Of a stretch of 64,000 nt of DNA, positions 1-12,600 are shown one piece after another. Origin of the DNA: Tricharina praecox (Eukaryota); NCBI RefSeq assembly GCF_024521635.1, contig NW_026250410.1:806001-870000 (forward strand). The letters run 5' to 3'. Numbering within the stretch: position 1 is the first letter of the stretch; each line of letters opens with the position of its first letter. The notes under the pieces were generated by a model that saw only the letters and a program-made list of their open reading frames with translations, was not told the origin of the DNA and did not search any database. The position numbers and the translations under genes are program-made.

Positions 1-904
1 GGTGGCGCGGATTCTACACGGACTCAGTCGACTTCGACATCTCGACGGCGCTCGCCTCGACCACCAACGCCAACTACACGCTGCTGATCCGCGACATCGA
101 CGCCATCGCCGTGCAGCTCAAGCGTCTTCAAGCCGCCAACGTCCCGATCCTCTGGCGCCCCCTCCACGAGGCCGAGGGAGGCTGGTTCTGGTGGGGCGCA
201 AAGGGCGCCGAGCCGGCCAAGAAGCTCTACGGAATCGTCTACGACCGCTTGACCAACTACCACGGGCTGAACAACCTGATCTGGGTGTGGAACAGCGTGG
301 CGTCGGACTGGTACCCGGGCGCCTCGACCGTCGACATCCTATCATACGACAGCTACCCGGCGACCGTCGGCGACCACGGGCCCGTCTCAGCGCAATACAA
401 CGCGCTGTACGCTCTCGGCGGCGACAAGAAGCTGATCGGACTCAGCGAGAACGGCGCGATCCCCGACCCCGACCAGCTGCAGCTCTACGACTCCGACTGG
501 AGCTGGTTCGTCACCTGGACCGGCGAGTTCCTGACCGCGGGCACACACAACACCCTCGACTTCCTCAAGAAGGTCTACGCGAGCAGCTACGTCAAGAACT
601 TGAGCGACATCAAGGGCTGGAAGACCGGCACTGCTGCCGTCAGCAGCAGCACTACTACCCCCACCACCGTGGTCTCGTCCTCGAAGATCTCGAGCGCGGC
701 GCCGTCGGCGTCGACTACTGCCGCCAGCGGAACTGTGCCGAAGTATGGACAGTGGTAAGTTCCCCGACTGAATGACTGAGCGTATCAGACTGGACACGGG
801 CTAATGAGAGTAGTGGCGGAACTTCGTACACCGGACCGACAACGTGCGTGAGTGGAAGTACGTGCACCGCCGTCTCGCCGCCGTACTACTACCAGTGCTT
901 GTAG
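1..904 (+). CDS. GH26 endo-beta-1,4-mannanase with Ser/Thr linker and C-terminal CBM1 (5' end outside the window)
   Basis: GH26 motifs ILWRPLHEAEGGWFWWG, VDILSYDSY and IGLSENG, then an S/T-rich linker. Removing intron 755-813 (GTAAGT..CTAAT..TAG) gives the CBM1 sequence [33 protein letters not shown], with TAG at 902-904. Confidence 0.93.
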
Positions 905-2476
905 GGGAGGTGACTGAATGATATCCGGTAATTTGTGATTTGATATCGGGGGAGGTGGTGGTGGAATATGTACGAGTATGATCTAGGATGGGGGATGGGA
1001 TGGGGGGAGATTTATTTGATATGATATGCGGATTCAATGGATGCTGGTGGACCTACCGAGATCTGGGCCGGTCGAGTGATCTAAGCTTCTACTGTATTCC
1101 ACGTCTCATTCTCCAAGTGATACCTAAGAAAACCGACGTACGCACTTTCCTTTGGCAGTCCAGACTCCAAACGGAGAATTATACCTACATTTGGTATGGC
1201 AGGATAGGGCCGATCCAGCGGTGGGGTTGGGATCCAGCGGTGGTGTTGGGATCCGGGGTGCCTGGTACCTGGTGCCTGCAACAGTTACATACATCTTACA
1301 TGCCTACCGTACACAGGGAACTGTAATTGTAGGGCACACTACACACTGCACAGAGCACAGAGCATGGCTTTGTTCACACGCCGTCGTTCCAGAATCCAGA
1401 CCACGGGGAGATGGGCGGGCGCTGGTGGTTGCGGCACCGACGGGCATCGACGGTAGAGTAAGGGCCCGTTTGGATGGCCTCAGTTTTCAGTTCCAGTTTT
1501 AGAGCGAAATTCAGTTCCCCGACGGGACACCGAATTCTGTCCAGTTTCAGTTTCCGGAGAACTGTGAGGTGAACAGAGTGTTTGGCAATTCTCAGATCAC
1601 TCAGCCATAAGTTGTTTGTTTTGTTTTGTTTGGCTGTTTTTGGGTGTTGTTTGGTTGTTGTTTCATCATTCGCAGAATCGCAGGAGCCTGCACCTGGCTG
1701 GAGATATTCCGAAACGCACTGGCTGGGCTCCGGACTCCGGGTAGGTGGTTACCCATGTAAGCACTATTCCTGTCTGCGGTCCAAACAGCTGGCTCCATCA
1801 TGATGTACTGCCTACCCAAGTATCAAGCTACCAGATAGGTATACTGTTGCAGTGTAGTGTAGTGTAGGGTCCATGGCCATTGGCAACCCAACTTCCCGCC
1901 GCCCTCCGCCCTCCGCCTCCTCCTCTGCCGCCGGCCCGCTCCCAGCAGATCTAGATCTAGAACTCACATGTTCCCGGGGAGCCACTATTCTCCCCGTCGT
2001 CAGCCGCCGCTGTCGTCGGTATTGCGGAAACCCCAAGATTGCCGCGGTGCACTTGTGTCTGACAATCGCGCGGTTGCGCTTTAGTATCGGTCAGTCGGGC
2101 GGCTTCAGGCGGCTTCGATTGGGCGCTCGAGCTCGAGCTCCAGCCGCCACCTTGGCACTTCCCGGTCCGCAGCCCTTCCCGATCCGCACCACCCAATGCT
2201 GGAGGTTATGCGCGGCCGCATGTACGGTATGCACACATCAGTACCTCAACGCCACCCCATAGCCCACAGGTGCATAAAAGAGTATTAATTCCGGCTGTCG
2301 CTGACTCGCCCCATCAAATTCTCCAGCTCTGAGATGACAAACATGTTCGTGTATCGTTTCACCAATCGTCCTGCGCCATCCATATAGAGAAGACTAAGGA
2401 AGTATGCAGGTATCGTATCCAGACACCCATTAAGAGAGACCCTTTCCCCCACCGCCACCCCGCACTGATCCTCTCC

Positions 2477-2479
<3 letters not shown>

Positions 2480-2508
<29 letters not shown>
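2480..2508. repeat. poly-C tract, 29 nt
   Basis: Uninterrupted C run about 210 bp downstream of the mannosyltransferase stop. Confidence 0.95.
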
Positions 2509-2721
2509 ACCGCACGCATGCACGCAATCAATCCCAAAAACGAACTATACAAGACGAGACAAGACAAGTGGCATCGGACGCAAAAGCGAAGCGAAAACGA
2601 ACGAAACAAAACAGAAAGAAAGAAAGAAAGACGAAAGAAGAAAAACTCCAACCCTATAATCAAAACAAGAACCCAATTTTGTGTTGTGGGGTGGGGGGGT
2701 GGTGGGGGAGTGGGGAGGAGA

Positions 2722-4076
2722 CTAGTTCATATGCGCCATCTCGAACCAATTGGCGCGACAGTCCTCCTCGTCCAGCTCCGAGCTGCCGTCGGTGAACATT
2801 CCCGGCTTGCAGCGCTTCTTGCATTTAGGACTGCTGGGACAGTTGAAGTACGGGATGTGTTGGTAGCCGATGTCGCGGAACCTGTGGTGTGTGTTAGTGG
2901 GGGTTGCGAGGAGGGGTGGTGAAGGATGTGGAAAGATGAGCTGCGTACCAATGGATCTTGTCCTTATCCGCGAACAAGCCGAGTCCTATGCTGTGAACCG
3001 GAGCGTCGCCCCAGCGCTCGTAGAAGAACCCGCCGGCTCTGTCCAAGTGCTCAAAGTAGTCCTCGTACGGCTTGGACCTCCAGAAGTTCATGTCTCCGAT
3101 CTCGAAGTTGCTCCAGAAGTGGCACGTAGAGTACCCGTTCGCCTTGCGATTGTGCTCGGGGCGGTTCTTGGCGTCGGTAAGCCAACTCATGGCGCTGTTG
3201 GGATGGATATACTCGGGATGCTCGGCGAGGAACTCGAGGGTCTGCGGCCAGAGGGTTTCGATCGACTCCGGCGAGTCGTACAGGTTGATCACGAAGCCGT
3301 AGAGCTTGTCGTTGTCCTCCATATAGCGGAACACGTCGTAGTCCACGTCGCAGAAGAAGTGCACGCCCGGCTCGACGCGCCAGTACCAGCGGAGGTCCTT
3401 GAGTGCTGGGTGGTGGTAGAATTTGCCCGAGTTCCAGCGGCACATCTGGTGGTACGAGCCCATCTTCGCGTATTGCACGCCGTTTTCGGTCAGTAGGTCG
3501 GCGGACTCCTTCATCAGGTCGTTGTTGATCCACGACGGGATCTCCCAGTGGTCTTTCGGCACGATCTCTGCGACGGATATCAATAACTATACGCGGACAT
3601 GCCTCCAATCATCGAACAGGGGAGAGAGAGAGAGACAAACCGTATCGAACCTCGCCACTCGCCACCTTCGCGGTCGCCTCCTTGAATTCCTTCGAGAACT
3701 CCTCATCGTTGATGAAGGTCCACGGATAATTGAACTTATGATTCCAGGTCTCCTCGAGATCCCTCATGCTCTGTAGCATTCCCTGGAGCTCCGAGTTCCT
3801 GACGAGCGAGAGGAGCGTGGCGGACGTGCGGTTGACCTCTCCGGGCCCGTAGAGCTTTCCCGGCGGGCCCATCTCCGGCTGGAGGAGCGGATCGATGCCC
3901 TTGAGAGATCCGCCCTTTCTCGGGCGTTGGAAGCGGGAGTGTCCTGTTACATCCTCGAGAGACTTGGGCATCCGCGAGCTGATCGCCGAGAAGTTGTAGA
4001 TGATCAGGAGAAACGATGAGAGTAGTAGCACCGCGAATATCAGGCGTACCACGCCGTTGGGTCGCGCGAGCGCCAT
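2722..4076 (-). CDS. KRE2/KTR-family alpha-1,2-mannosyltransferase (GT15), type II membrane protein
   Basis: N-terminal TM helix; motifs SYHQMCRWNSG, YWRVEP, CHFWSNFEI and GGFFYERWGDAPVH. Introns 3640-3568 and 2948-2882. Last exon FRDIGYQH...AHMN, stop at 2724-2722. Confidence 0.93.
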
Positions 4077-4458
4077 GGTGATGATGGTCGTGGAGTTGGG
4101 TTGGAGTTGAAGGCAAAACGTGTTGAATGGCTGAGGTGGAATTGAGTTATTCGGTCCGTACCATAAGGGGCGCTGCGAAGGAGCCTCAAAGTTTTAGCTC
4201 CGGAGAGTTACGAGTCTTAGCAGTGCTTATCACTTTTGATCCCAGCTTGCACAAGGATGTGTGACGTGGTCCCTTGGAGAAGGCACTCAGTCTACTCTAG
4301 TATCTATCAAGTGTTACGTCCTCACCGAAGTTTGTGGTTTCATGTTTTTGCACTCGAGTTTCTGTTTTGCACATGCTGTGTTCAAGACCTTGCACTCTTG
4401 AACGAGGAGCGAACGATCACTACCTATATGAGAATCCAAAGGCCCGCTCAATTGAACC

Positions 4459-7400
4459 TCACGCCGGCCCGTTCCAGCCAGCACCATACCCCTCCAAAGC
4501 CTCTGCCAACATCTCCAAATGCGGCATGACACCCGCTCTCGCGACTCCACGCAAGCCCTCCTTGACGAACCCGACCAGTCCGCGAACCTCCTCGTGTATG
4601 GCGCCCAGTCTCTTCATATACCTCGCTTGCTCATCATCGTCCTCATCCTCATCGTCTTCGTCGAGCTCGCGTCCAAGGATGGTAGTCATTCCGGTGCTGC
4701 TCGGACTACCGGGCGCCGACCCTTCATACCCAACGTCTTCATCGTCCTCGTCGGAGCTGTCCTGGCCCTTGTGTCTCCTCCTCATCCTACCGCCTTTGCC
4801 GGGTGCCGAAGTTTCCTCACTGCTCTGACTGTGGAAAGCGGAGTGGACGCGGCTGAACTTGACGGCCAGATTGAGGATGCTGATGATTCCCTTGTGGATC
4901 GGCGCCAGCTTTGTTCCGAGGAGACAGTGCTCCTTGATCTTATCGATGAAGGCTGCGTGTGTAGCCACCATCCCGTCGACGTCATCCGCCTTCCCCAGAT
5001 CCTGCTTCAATAGTGCCGTGAGCGGGCGGAGAACAAGGTCTGTGATGTACCCAACGATCACTCCGGAGAACCACAGCAGCCTCTGCTTCAGCGCATAAAA
5101 TACTTTCGCTTCCGCATCTGCCGGCCGACGCCGGAGGCTCAGTCGCTCGAGGAGGTACCGTGCGCGTCGCAGCTGTAGCAGAAACGTAAACACGCGGCGA
5201 TACGTGACGAAAGAGTCCTGCCGGACTATGTTGAGGACCGGCCACGGGAGGCGATATTCCACCTCCACGTTTTCGAGAGAGTTGACGGTCTTTCTGCCCG
5301 TCGTATCTTTGTGGGTGGAACGGGAGAAGAGGTTTTCCTTTCTGACCACCATGCGAAGACGATGCGACTCGATCTGTGGCGCAGATGAAAACACGCTCTG
5401 GACCTGTTCGGTCAAGAGGAAGCGGTCGTTCCAAGTCGCTGCCTTGCGGTCGAGCTTTTCAAATATCCCCTGAGCGAGGGATTCGAACAGAAATCCATTG
5501 CGAGCAAAGAAGATGAGGTCAAGAGCGTCGAGTGATTTCCATAGGCCGCAATTCTCGAATAGATGCCTTCTTAATCGGGAAGAGATGCTATGGTGCCTTG
5601 CCGTGATCCAGCGGTTAAAAGCGGCGAGAAATAGCGAAGAGAACGGGGCCAGCTCGGTACCTGGGTAGCACACATCCTCAAATGTGATCTCAAGATTGTA
5701 ATTGGCAGTTGGAGCATCCTCTGCTGTGGGTAGAAGCAGCTTCAGAAAGACAACGGATTTACCGGTCGTGAGGATACGCTGTGCCACAGGATGTACGAAC
5801 GAGGGAGCATTGAGACTGCCATGAGGTTTGCGGCGGAGGTGAAATTGTGAGTGCCAGAAATTTCCAAGCTCCACCTCGGCAGTGGGCTCGATCTGCGCGA
5901 TCAGGAAATCACTTGCCGGCGGGATCAATCCTTCCTCCATCCAGAGACGGATCGGGCGGAGATAGGTCCGGAGGCAAGAGAAGAATATGGTTGCTATGAA
6001 ATTATAGGCCGGCATGTTTCCAGTGGATTGGAGTGCACAGGCTGCAAGGTATAGTTGTTCTAGATGAGACGAATTGTTCAAGTTTGTGATGATGCGACAC
6101 AGGCTCGCAAACGGTCGTATCAATGGCTCCAGTTGGGATTGGAGTGCGAGTAGGGAGACGACCTGTGATTCACCTAAACAGCATAACATCAGTGGATAGT
6201 CCGCCAGGGTAAAGGCATCAATCAACTCACTTTTACCGACATACTTCTCCTCAATGGCTATCAGCTCTTTGTCCAAAGCAATGACCTTCTCTTCCACAGC
6301 AGCTACGAACGATTGCCGTTCAGGAGAATCCTCCTTGTTCCGGGTGAATTCTCGGATTCTATTCAGGTTTGTGCCTTGAACGGCAAACCACTCCAGCACC
6401 GCTTCAAATCCTTTTAAAGATGCATGGCGTAGCGCAAACCGTTTCTCAAGTACCTCAAGATCTATCCGAACGATGAATGCATCGTCTCCATCGCCCCTTT
6501 TCAGAAGAGCGCAAGGATGGCCGAGCAACATGAATATCACCTCACGCAGCGCCTGGAGTTCCGATACTATCCAAACTTGGTTCACTGTGCCAGGTATGTT
6601 AGCCAGCGTATAGTCTATTAGGTGGTTGCAGATGCACATACAGTCCGTAGCGCCCCCCAGGGCCACATCCACCTCGTTCTCGGTCGGTTCGACCCCTCTT
6701 ACCCAGTACTGGGCAGTCTTGAGCGTCTCCAACCCAGCGCGGTCCCCATCGACGAGAAGTCCCTCTACTCTAGACGTCCTGTACTCCTCTTCGTCATCGC
6801 TCTCTTCATCCCCCCTCCGCTTCTTCCTCCGCTTGGCATTATTGGTGCTGTCGAACTCTTCGCCTACCCTCCGTAACCGTTCTCGTATAGGAAGAACCGC
6901 AGTCTCGTCTCCGGACCATGCGTCGCTACTCTCTGCAGCAAAGTCGACATCATCCCAAATTTCGCCTTCTAGAGGATCATCGGCAATGATATCCGCCCAG
7001 GTCAGCTCTTTCGGCGGCGAAGGAGGTATCAGTCGCTCGAGATCGGAGAGATGTGTGTTTTTGAGAGGTTCGTTCGAGAGTTCGAGCAGCAGGTGGAGAG
7101 ACTCCGGAACGCTATTCTTGGAGCTTCCGATGTCGATGAGGGCTTTGAGTTCAGCAATTCGGGACTGGAGTGCGTCGGCGAGCGCTTCGCCGTTAAGGAT
7201 TCGAAATTTCTCTTCCAATCTACAAAACGTGAGAATCTCGGCAGATGTCTACGAGATGGGTGATTCGCTCATACCCTTCGAGTCGCGAGATCACGTCGAA
7301 CTGGTTTGTGCGTCCGAATTTGTGGTGTTTGAACTTGCCCAGCGCATAATCCTTTTTGTGCGGCGAACGGAAGTGTCAGGCGAAGTTCTGCACAATGCAG

Positions 7401-7634
7401 CCATCATCTGGCTAGCGAGAGGCTTAGGAGGGACGACGCACTCGAGCGATTGTAAAGTTCTCTGCGTCATTCTGCGATGCGTGATGTCGGCAGTTAGCTT
7501 TCTCCGAAGCCATGAACGTGAGGCTACCCCTCCCTTGCTCCGATCGGTTGGTACGATACCTCGATTGTGAGGCCCGTCTCGCGTTGGATCAGTTCTCCGA
7601 GCACAGCCTTGATCTTGAGCTGCGTCGATGTCAT
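4459..7634 (-). CDS. GCP5: Gamma-tubulin complex component, GCP5-type (Spc97/Spc98 family)
   Basis: ATG at 7634 (MTSTQLKIKAVLGELI). N-terminal TNQFDV...EEKFRILN...ADAL and LHLLLELS segments resemble fungal GCP5; GRIP-type motifs YLRPIRLWM, EYRLPWPVLNIV and YRRVFTFLLQ. Four predicted introns, including 6641-6585 and 6230-6174. Confidence 0.82.
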
Positions 7635-9688
7635 GCTTCGTTCGTCGGTTAATGTTGGTTGGTGTGGTTGTCCTGTCGTGTCGTTCATTCCGGCGTGGGG
7701 ACGTCGGTAGGCATGTGAGTAGGCGGGACGACGCGACTGGAGGAGGCCAAGGCAAGGATGCGTGCAGAGCCAACGGCATGTGATGTTACACGAGAGTTCT
7801 CCGAGCTCCCCCTCGCTTAGATAAGCTGGTTCCAGAGAAGAAACCGAACGAATGTGCCGAATGGCGGCGCTCTTTTTCAAGTCTGCCACGCAGTACCAAC
7901 TGCCAGCTTCCGTTATGATCGTCTGTCTTAATGGCGACGGACACAGCCTCCCCGGACAGAATCGCAGCTGGGGGCTTCGTGAGGATGACCAGCGGCCTGT
8001 TGATGGGGTTCTGCGTCGGCATTTCAACAGGCGGATATGCCGACTATTTTTCTGTTCTGGGTTTATTTTTCGCCCGATTCGGACACGACGAGTGAGATTA
8101 TGAGCGGCCCAGTAGTTGGCCGAAACGGATAGAATTTGAGCCGCTCCATCGTCTGTTAGTTGAAACTGTGAGGCCGTCTGCCATTTCCGAGATTGAGTGT
8201 CCCAAAATGGACCAGTAACCAAGAGTAGATCATTCCGCGTAAGAGATCAAACAAAGCTGGGAGCTGCAACCCGTTCTGCTGTGATTGTTCGCTCATCCTC
8301 TTCACTTCGGGCCTCAGTACGGATGGAGGTTTCAGGTGATGGCCACTGGACAACGGGACGTCATCAGAAGGACCTTACGTTCCGAAGCTAGTTGAAGCCT
8401 GGCGGCTACACATATAACTATTGCATCCATATATACATGGTAGTGCTTCCCCACAGACCGACCTGGCTGGGCAGGGTTCTTTCGTCTCTACCTCCCCGGC
8501 TGGCTGCGCAGCTCCCCCACTGCCGCACAAAGCCGGTCGCACACGACGTTACTTTATAAGCACATCTACTCACAGTATAGACATGTGTGGGTGTGGGCGT
8601 GTCTATAGGGAACGTATAGGTATGGCGGAGGAGAAGAAGCAGAAGAAGGAGAAGCAGCAGCAGCAGAACTGCCATAGCCGACCCAACCATGCCGCCGTAG
8701 TACTGCGCCGGGCGGCTGCTTGCTCGCTAACCACTCCACTGAGAAGACACGACATGCGGTGGCGGTGATGCGCTCGGCGGTGCGGAGTGTTCTGCTTGAT
8801 GTAGGTAGTGGTATTGGCGGCGGTTCGTGGCGATGTTTCGGACGATTAGTTACCAGCCAACTGCTGGCGATGTCGATGTCCATGTTCTGCCGATCCGTCG
8901 ACCGCAGACTCTAGAGGACTGCTGTCGCTCTCTATGCGCCGCAATACATCCCATGTCCTCCTTCTTAGCCTGCCTTGGGGATATATCCAGACCCGTTAGC
9001 TGAAATGACAGGGCATCGCCAGACGTTTCACAGTTTCGGATAGGCAGCCGATGAGCATGCGAATAACAACTTGAGGACTAGGTAGGGTTGCTGGATCTGC
9101 TGCTGCTTATTCCCAGTGGCTATCCGAGAGGGAATGTCCCTTCACCCCCTCCCCGCCGCCGCCGCCGCCGTCGCACAGTTGCCGACAAAACGAGCAAGAC
9201 AAGGAATCGGTTGGTTGGGATCGGTTTGTCGTACTCTAAATACCTGGCTGGCCTTGGACAAGAACCTGCTCCCTTTCCTCCCATCTGTGCCTCACGAACA
9301 ATCGCCGACGACGACCGCGACGACCGCTTGCCATCGCGAGACCATCCACGACTGCGACGGCCGACATTGCCTCTATATGATACCTGCCTCTTCCGTCATT
9401 GCTTCATCAATCTTCTCGCTACCGCTGCTCTACTCGAAGCACATACCTCTCGAGGTGCCTTCACTCACATCGACATTATCCAAAGCGCCATTTGGTTGCT
9501 TACCTTACCGTTGGTCGTTGCAATAAAACAAAAACATACGACGTCGACGTCGACGACCAGCTACCTATCGTGAAAGCAACAATACCAGACGCATCTCGAC
9601 TCAAAAAGCCCTCCTTCCTACGATTCTGACTGAGTCCGCCAAACACCTCCCTCTGCTCGACGACGGCCTCGTAAATAATTAATTCATC

Positions 9689-11563
9689 ATGAACTTCTTC
9701 CGAAAGGTCTTTCGCTCTAAAAAGCGGTCGAGAGCACGCACGAACCCCCAACTCGACGAATACAGTAATGGCCACGCCACTGGCGACTATCGCGCCTCTA
9801 GGGACGATAGCTACCTGCAGCCCCCGCGGTTCCCAGATGCGAATCTGAACCGTCCCATGAGCGCGCCGTCATCGCCAGCTGACTACTCGCACTACCCACA
9901 ATTCAACTTCCGCAACGGCCAGTTCCCAGCGCCGCAACTTCCAGACCAAATACTCGAGCGCATCTTCTCCTACGTTTGCCCGCATGCAGTCGACCAGACC
10001 TACCTCTCGGCGGAGGAATCGACGACCGAGGCTGGCTGCATGCTCTGCGACATGCGAGACCTCGCGCGGTGCGGATCGGTTTGTCGGAGCTGGCACGAAG
10101 TGGCCGAGCGATTGCAGTACACTTCGATACGACTGGACTCGGTACACTATTGCGGTCTGGAGGACGAGCTGCAGACCCGGCGCAAGCGCGGGAGTATCTT
10201 CCAGAAGAAACACGAGCCGCCCATGGAGGTGCCCGAGATGCGCATGCGGCTGCTGTACCGCACGTTCCAGGAAAACGAGCGCGTGGCCTATCTGGTGCAG
10301 TTCGTCAAGATGCCATACATGACGCGGGAAACGTGCAAAGCCGACCTTGCGCGGTTGGTGTCGCTGACTCCTGAGCTGCGGTATTGCGACGTTCCCGAGG
10401 GCGTGTATTCGGATGACGCGTCGTGTGCCAGTCTGAAGGCGATCCTGTACGCTCGCTGTCCGGAGCTCCGGAAAATGGCCTGGAATACCGGCAGCGAAAA
10501 GAACTTTGTCGACCTCTGGGCGCAAACTCCATGGCGCAACCTTGAGGTTGTCAATCTCTCAGCTCTCCGGGTCGAAAACGTGGACCTCGTTCGCGTGCTC
10601 AACTCCCTTCCCGCCCTTCAGGACTTGACCCTGAAAGGGCTCCCTTGGATCTCGGACGCGGTCTTCGACGCCACTCCGAATCCCGCTGGCCTCTTCCCCG
10701 CGCTTGCCAAATTGGCCGTTGAAGATGTCACCGCCGCCCTCACTCTCGAAGGCTTCAAGATGTACCTCAGCCGGCCCATGATCGCTGCCTCCCTCACCGA
10801 ACTCTCCCTAACCAACACCACCATCGCCCCGCAATCCCTCCACGAGCTGCTCTCTTGGTGTCCATCCCTCGAATCCCTCACCTTCCGTGGCACCGTTGCT
10901 CGAACGCTTCCAGCTCCGGAACCGCCGCACCTCAGATCCCGAACCCTAACAACCCTCCGCTACGAAATCACCTCTGACGCTTCATCCAAATCGCTCGCGA
11001 AGCCCACGCCCAGCTACTACTCGTACCTTGCGTCCTCGCTCCTCTCCAGCTCCCTCCCCAACCTCACCTCCCTCTACGTCCGCGAGTCCGAATTCGCCGA
11101 GCGGCTAGCCGGGCACTCCTCGACTCTCTCGCACCCGCTCACGATCCACACCAAGTCCGCGGAGCAAGACCACCTTGACTGGAGCAAGTTCCTGATACTG
11201 CCGCCGATCACATCGCGGACCCCTGGGGGCCGCGCCGGCGGCCTCGAAGTGCACGCGCTGTGGGAGATGCCGCGGAACTCGCTGGTCGCAGACTTCTCGG
11301 ATCCGCGCATGAGCGGCTTCCTGAAGGCTATGGAGTGGGGCGGCGACGCCGGCGGCGGCGGTGATATGCTCGTGCCCCCCAGTCCTGGCTTTGCGGCCGC
11401 ACAGGATCGCCCAAGGAGCAGGAGCGTAGACGCTCCCTTCGCTAAGGGACATAGCAGGGGCGAGAGTTACTCCTCCATCTCTGGGGGAGGAGGGCTTGCA
11501 CCACCGAGTCCCGGGTTTGCGAAGAAGGAGAGGAGGAATTCGAGACATGATATCTGGCGGTGA
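9689..11563 (+). CDS. F-box-like / RNI-LRR-like protein (624 aa)
   Basis: F-box-like LPDQILERIFSYV...DLARCGSVCRSW, followed by leucine-rich repeats (LPALQDLTL, LTELSL, CPSLESLTF, LPNLTSLYV); single long ORF. Confidence 0.75.
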   Translation: MNFFRKVFRSKKRSRARTNPQLDEYSNGHATGDYRASRDDSYLQPPRFPDANLNRPMSAPSSPADYSHYPQFNFRNGQFPAPQLPDQILERIFSYVCPHAVDQTYLSAEESTTEAGCMLCDMRDLARCGSVCRSWHEVAERLQYTSIRLDSVHYCGLEDELQTRRKRGSIFQKKHEPPMEVPEMRMRLLYRTFQENERVAYLVQFVKMPYMTRETCKADLARLVSLTPELRYCDVPEGVYSDDASCASLKAILYARCPELRKMAWNTGSEKNFVDLWAQTPWRNLEVVNLSALRVENVDLVRVLNSLPALQDLTLKGLPWISDAVFDATPNPAGLFPALAKLAVEDVTAALTLEGFKMYLSRPMIAASLTELSLTNTTIAPQSLHELLSWCPSLESLTFRGTVARTLPAPEPPHLRSRTLTTLRYEITSDASSKSLAKPTPSYYSYLASSLLSSSLPNLTSLYVRESEFAERLAGHSSTLSHPLTIHTKSAEQDHLDWSKFLILPPITSRTPGGRAGGLEVHALWEMPRNSLVADFSDPRMSGFLKAMEWGGDAGGGGDMLVPPSPGFAAAQDRPRSRSVDAPFAKGHSRGESYSSISGGGGLAPPSPGFAKKERRNSRHDIWR

Positions 11564-12476
11564 TTGTACGTGGTAGCCGGCGCTGATTGGTTATGTACTT
11601 GCTTATGTACCTACGGGATTTGATTTGGCGCGTGCACTTACTACTTAACTACTATTTACTTATCTACTTGTTCCTGTGCATGCCGTCCATTGCTGGGCGG
11701 CTGTTTGTGCTCTGCTGTTGTTTCTACACAAGTACTGTGCATCATGAGATTGAGATCGGGGATACCACTGTGCGACTAGCGGATCGATGCGCGAGCGAGT
11801 TTCTGTGATTGTGTCTACCATCTGAACAGGTGTAACTACTCTAGAGTAGCACCTCTGCACTCGGGCAGCAGGTAATAGTTACTCCAGTCTCCAGACTCCA
11901 GACTCAATTGTATGTAGCAGTGGACGCCACAGTTCGTTTGTGCATGTATTGTACTCTACATATCTACATAGAAGATTGCACTTGCTTCTCAGTGCGTTTG
12001 TCAACGGTCAGTCAGCCGCACTTTACCATACACTTTACTTTTCACGAGCACTCCCATAGTTAGCAGAGGAATTGACGCGTTACCGTTACGTTGAACGCGT
12101 CAATCCCGACAAAAAAGCAAACGGGCGCTTCTTTCCTTTTCCCTTTCCTTTTCCGTCCGATCTGATCTGTCGTGTCGGTTGGGCTGGGGCCTGGGCACGC
12201 GCGGAAGGGCGCGCGGAAGGGCGTGAAAGTCCCGGAAGGGCGCGAAAGGTGAAACACTGCAACGTGGAAACTGCCGTGACCGCTGACCGTGAGCGGCTGC
12301 CGAATGTTGAGCGCTGGGGTGACGACTGAGGTGACGGCTGAGCGCTGAGGTGACGTAGGTGCTTGGATGGGTACTGCTGGGTACTGCTGGGTGCTGCTGG
12401 GGGGAGGTAGAGGAGGTAGGCCGGGAGTCCTCTTTCGATCGAATTGCAGCCCGCGTTTGCACCTAAGCCCGTGGAC

Positions 12477-12600
12477 ATGTACTTACTCATGTGCTTGCTC
12501 ATGTACTTGCTCATGTACCTATGGACGTACCTATGGATGTACATATCATGTACCTTTGTATGGACCAGGTACCTATGGATGTATGATCATGTATGTACCT
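12477..12600. repeat. Degenerate 12-bp tandem repeat (ATGTACTTGCTC / ATGTACCTATGG)
   Basis: Successive ATGTAC-containing units such as atgtacttactc atgtgcttgctc atgtacttgctc atgtacctatgg acgtacctatgg. Confidence 0.7.

Noticed and set aside
6626..7570. Long antisense ORFs (314 aa here; likewise 47959-48987, 49740-50681 and 28708-29547)
   Set aside because: They are shadows of GC-rich coding genes on the opposite strand.
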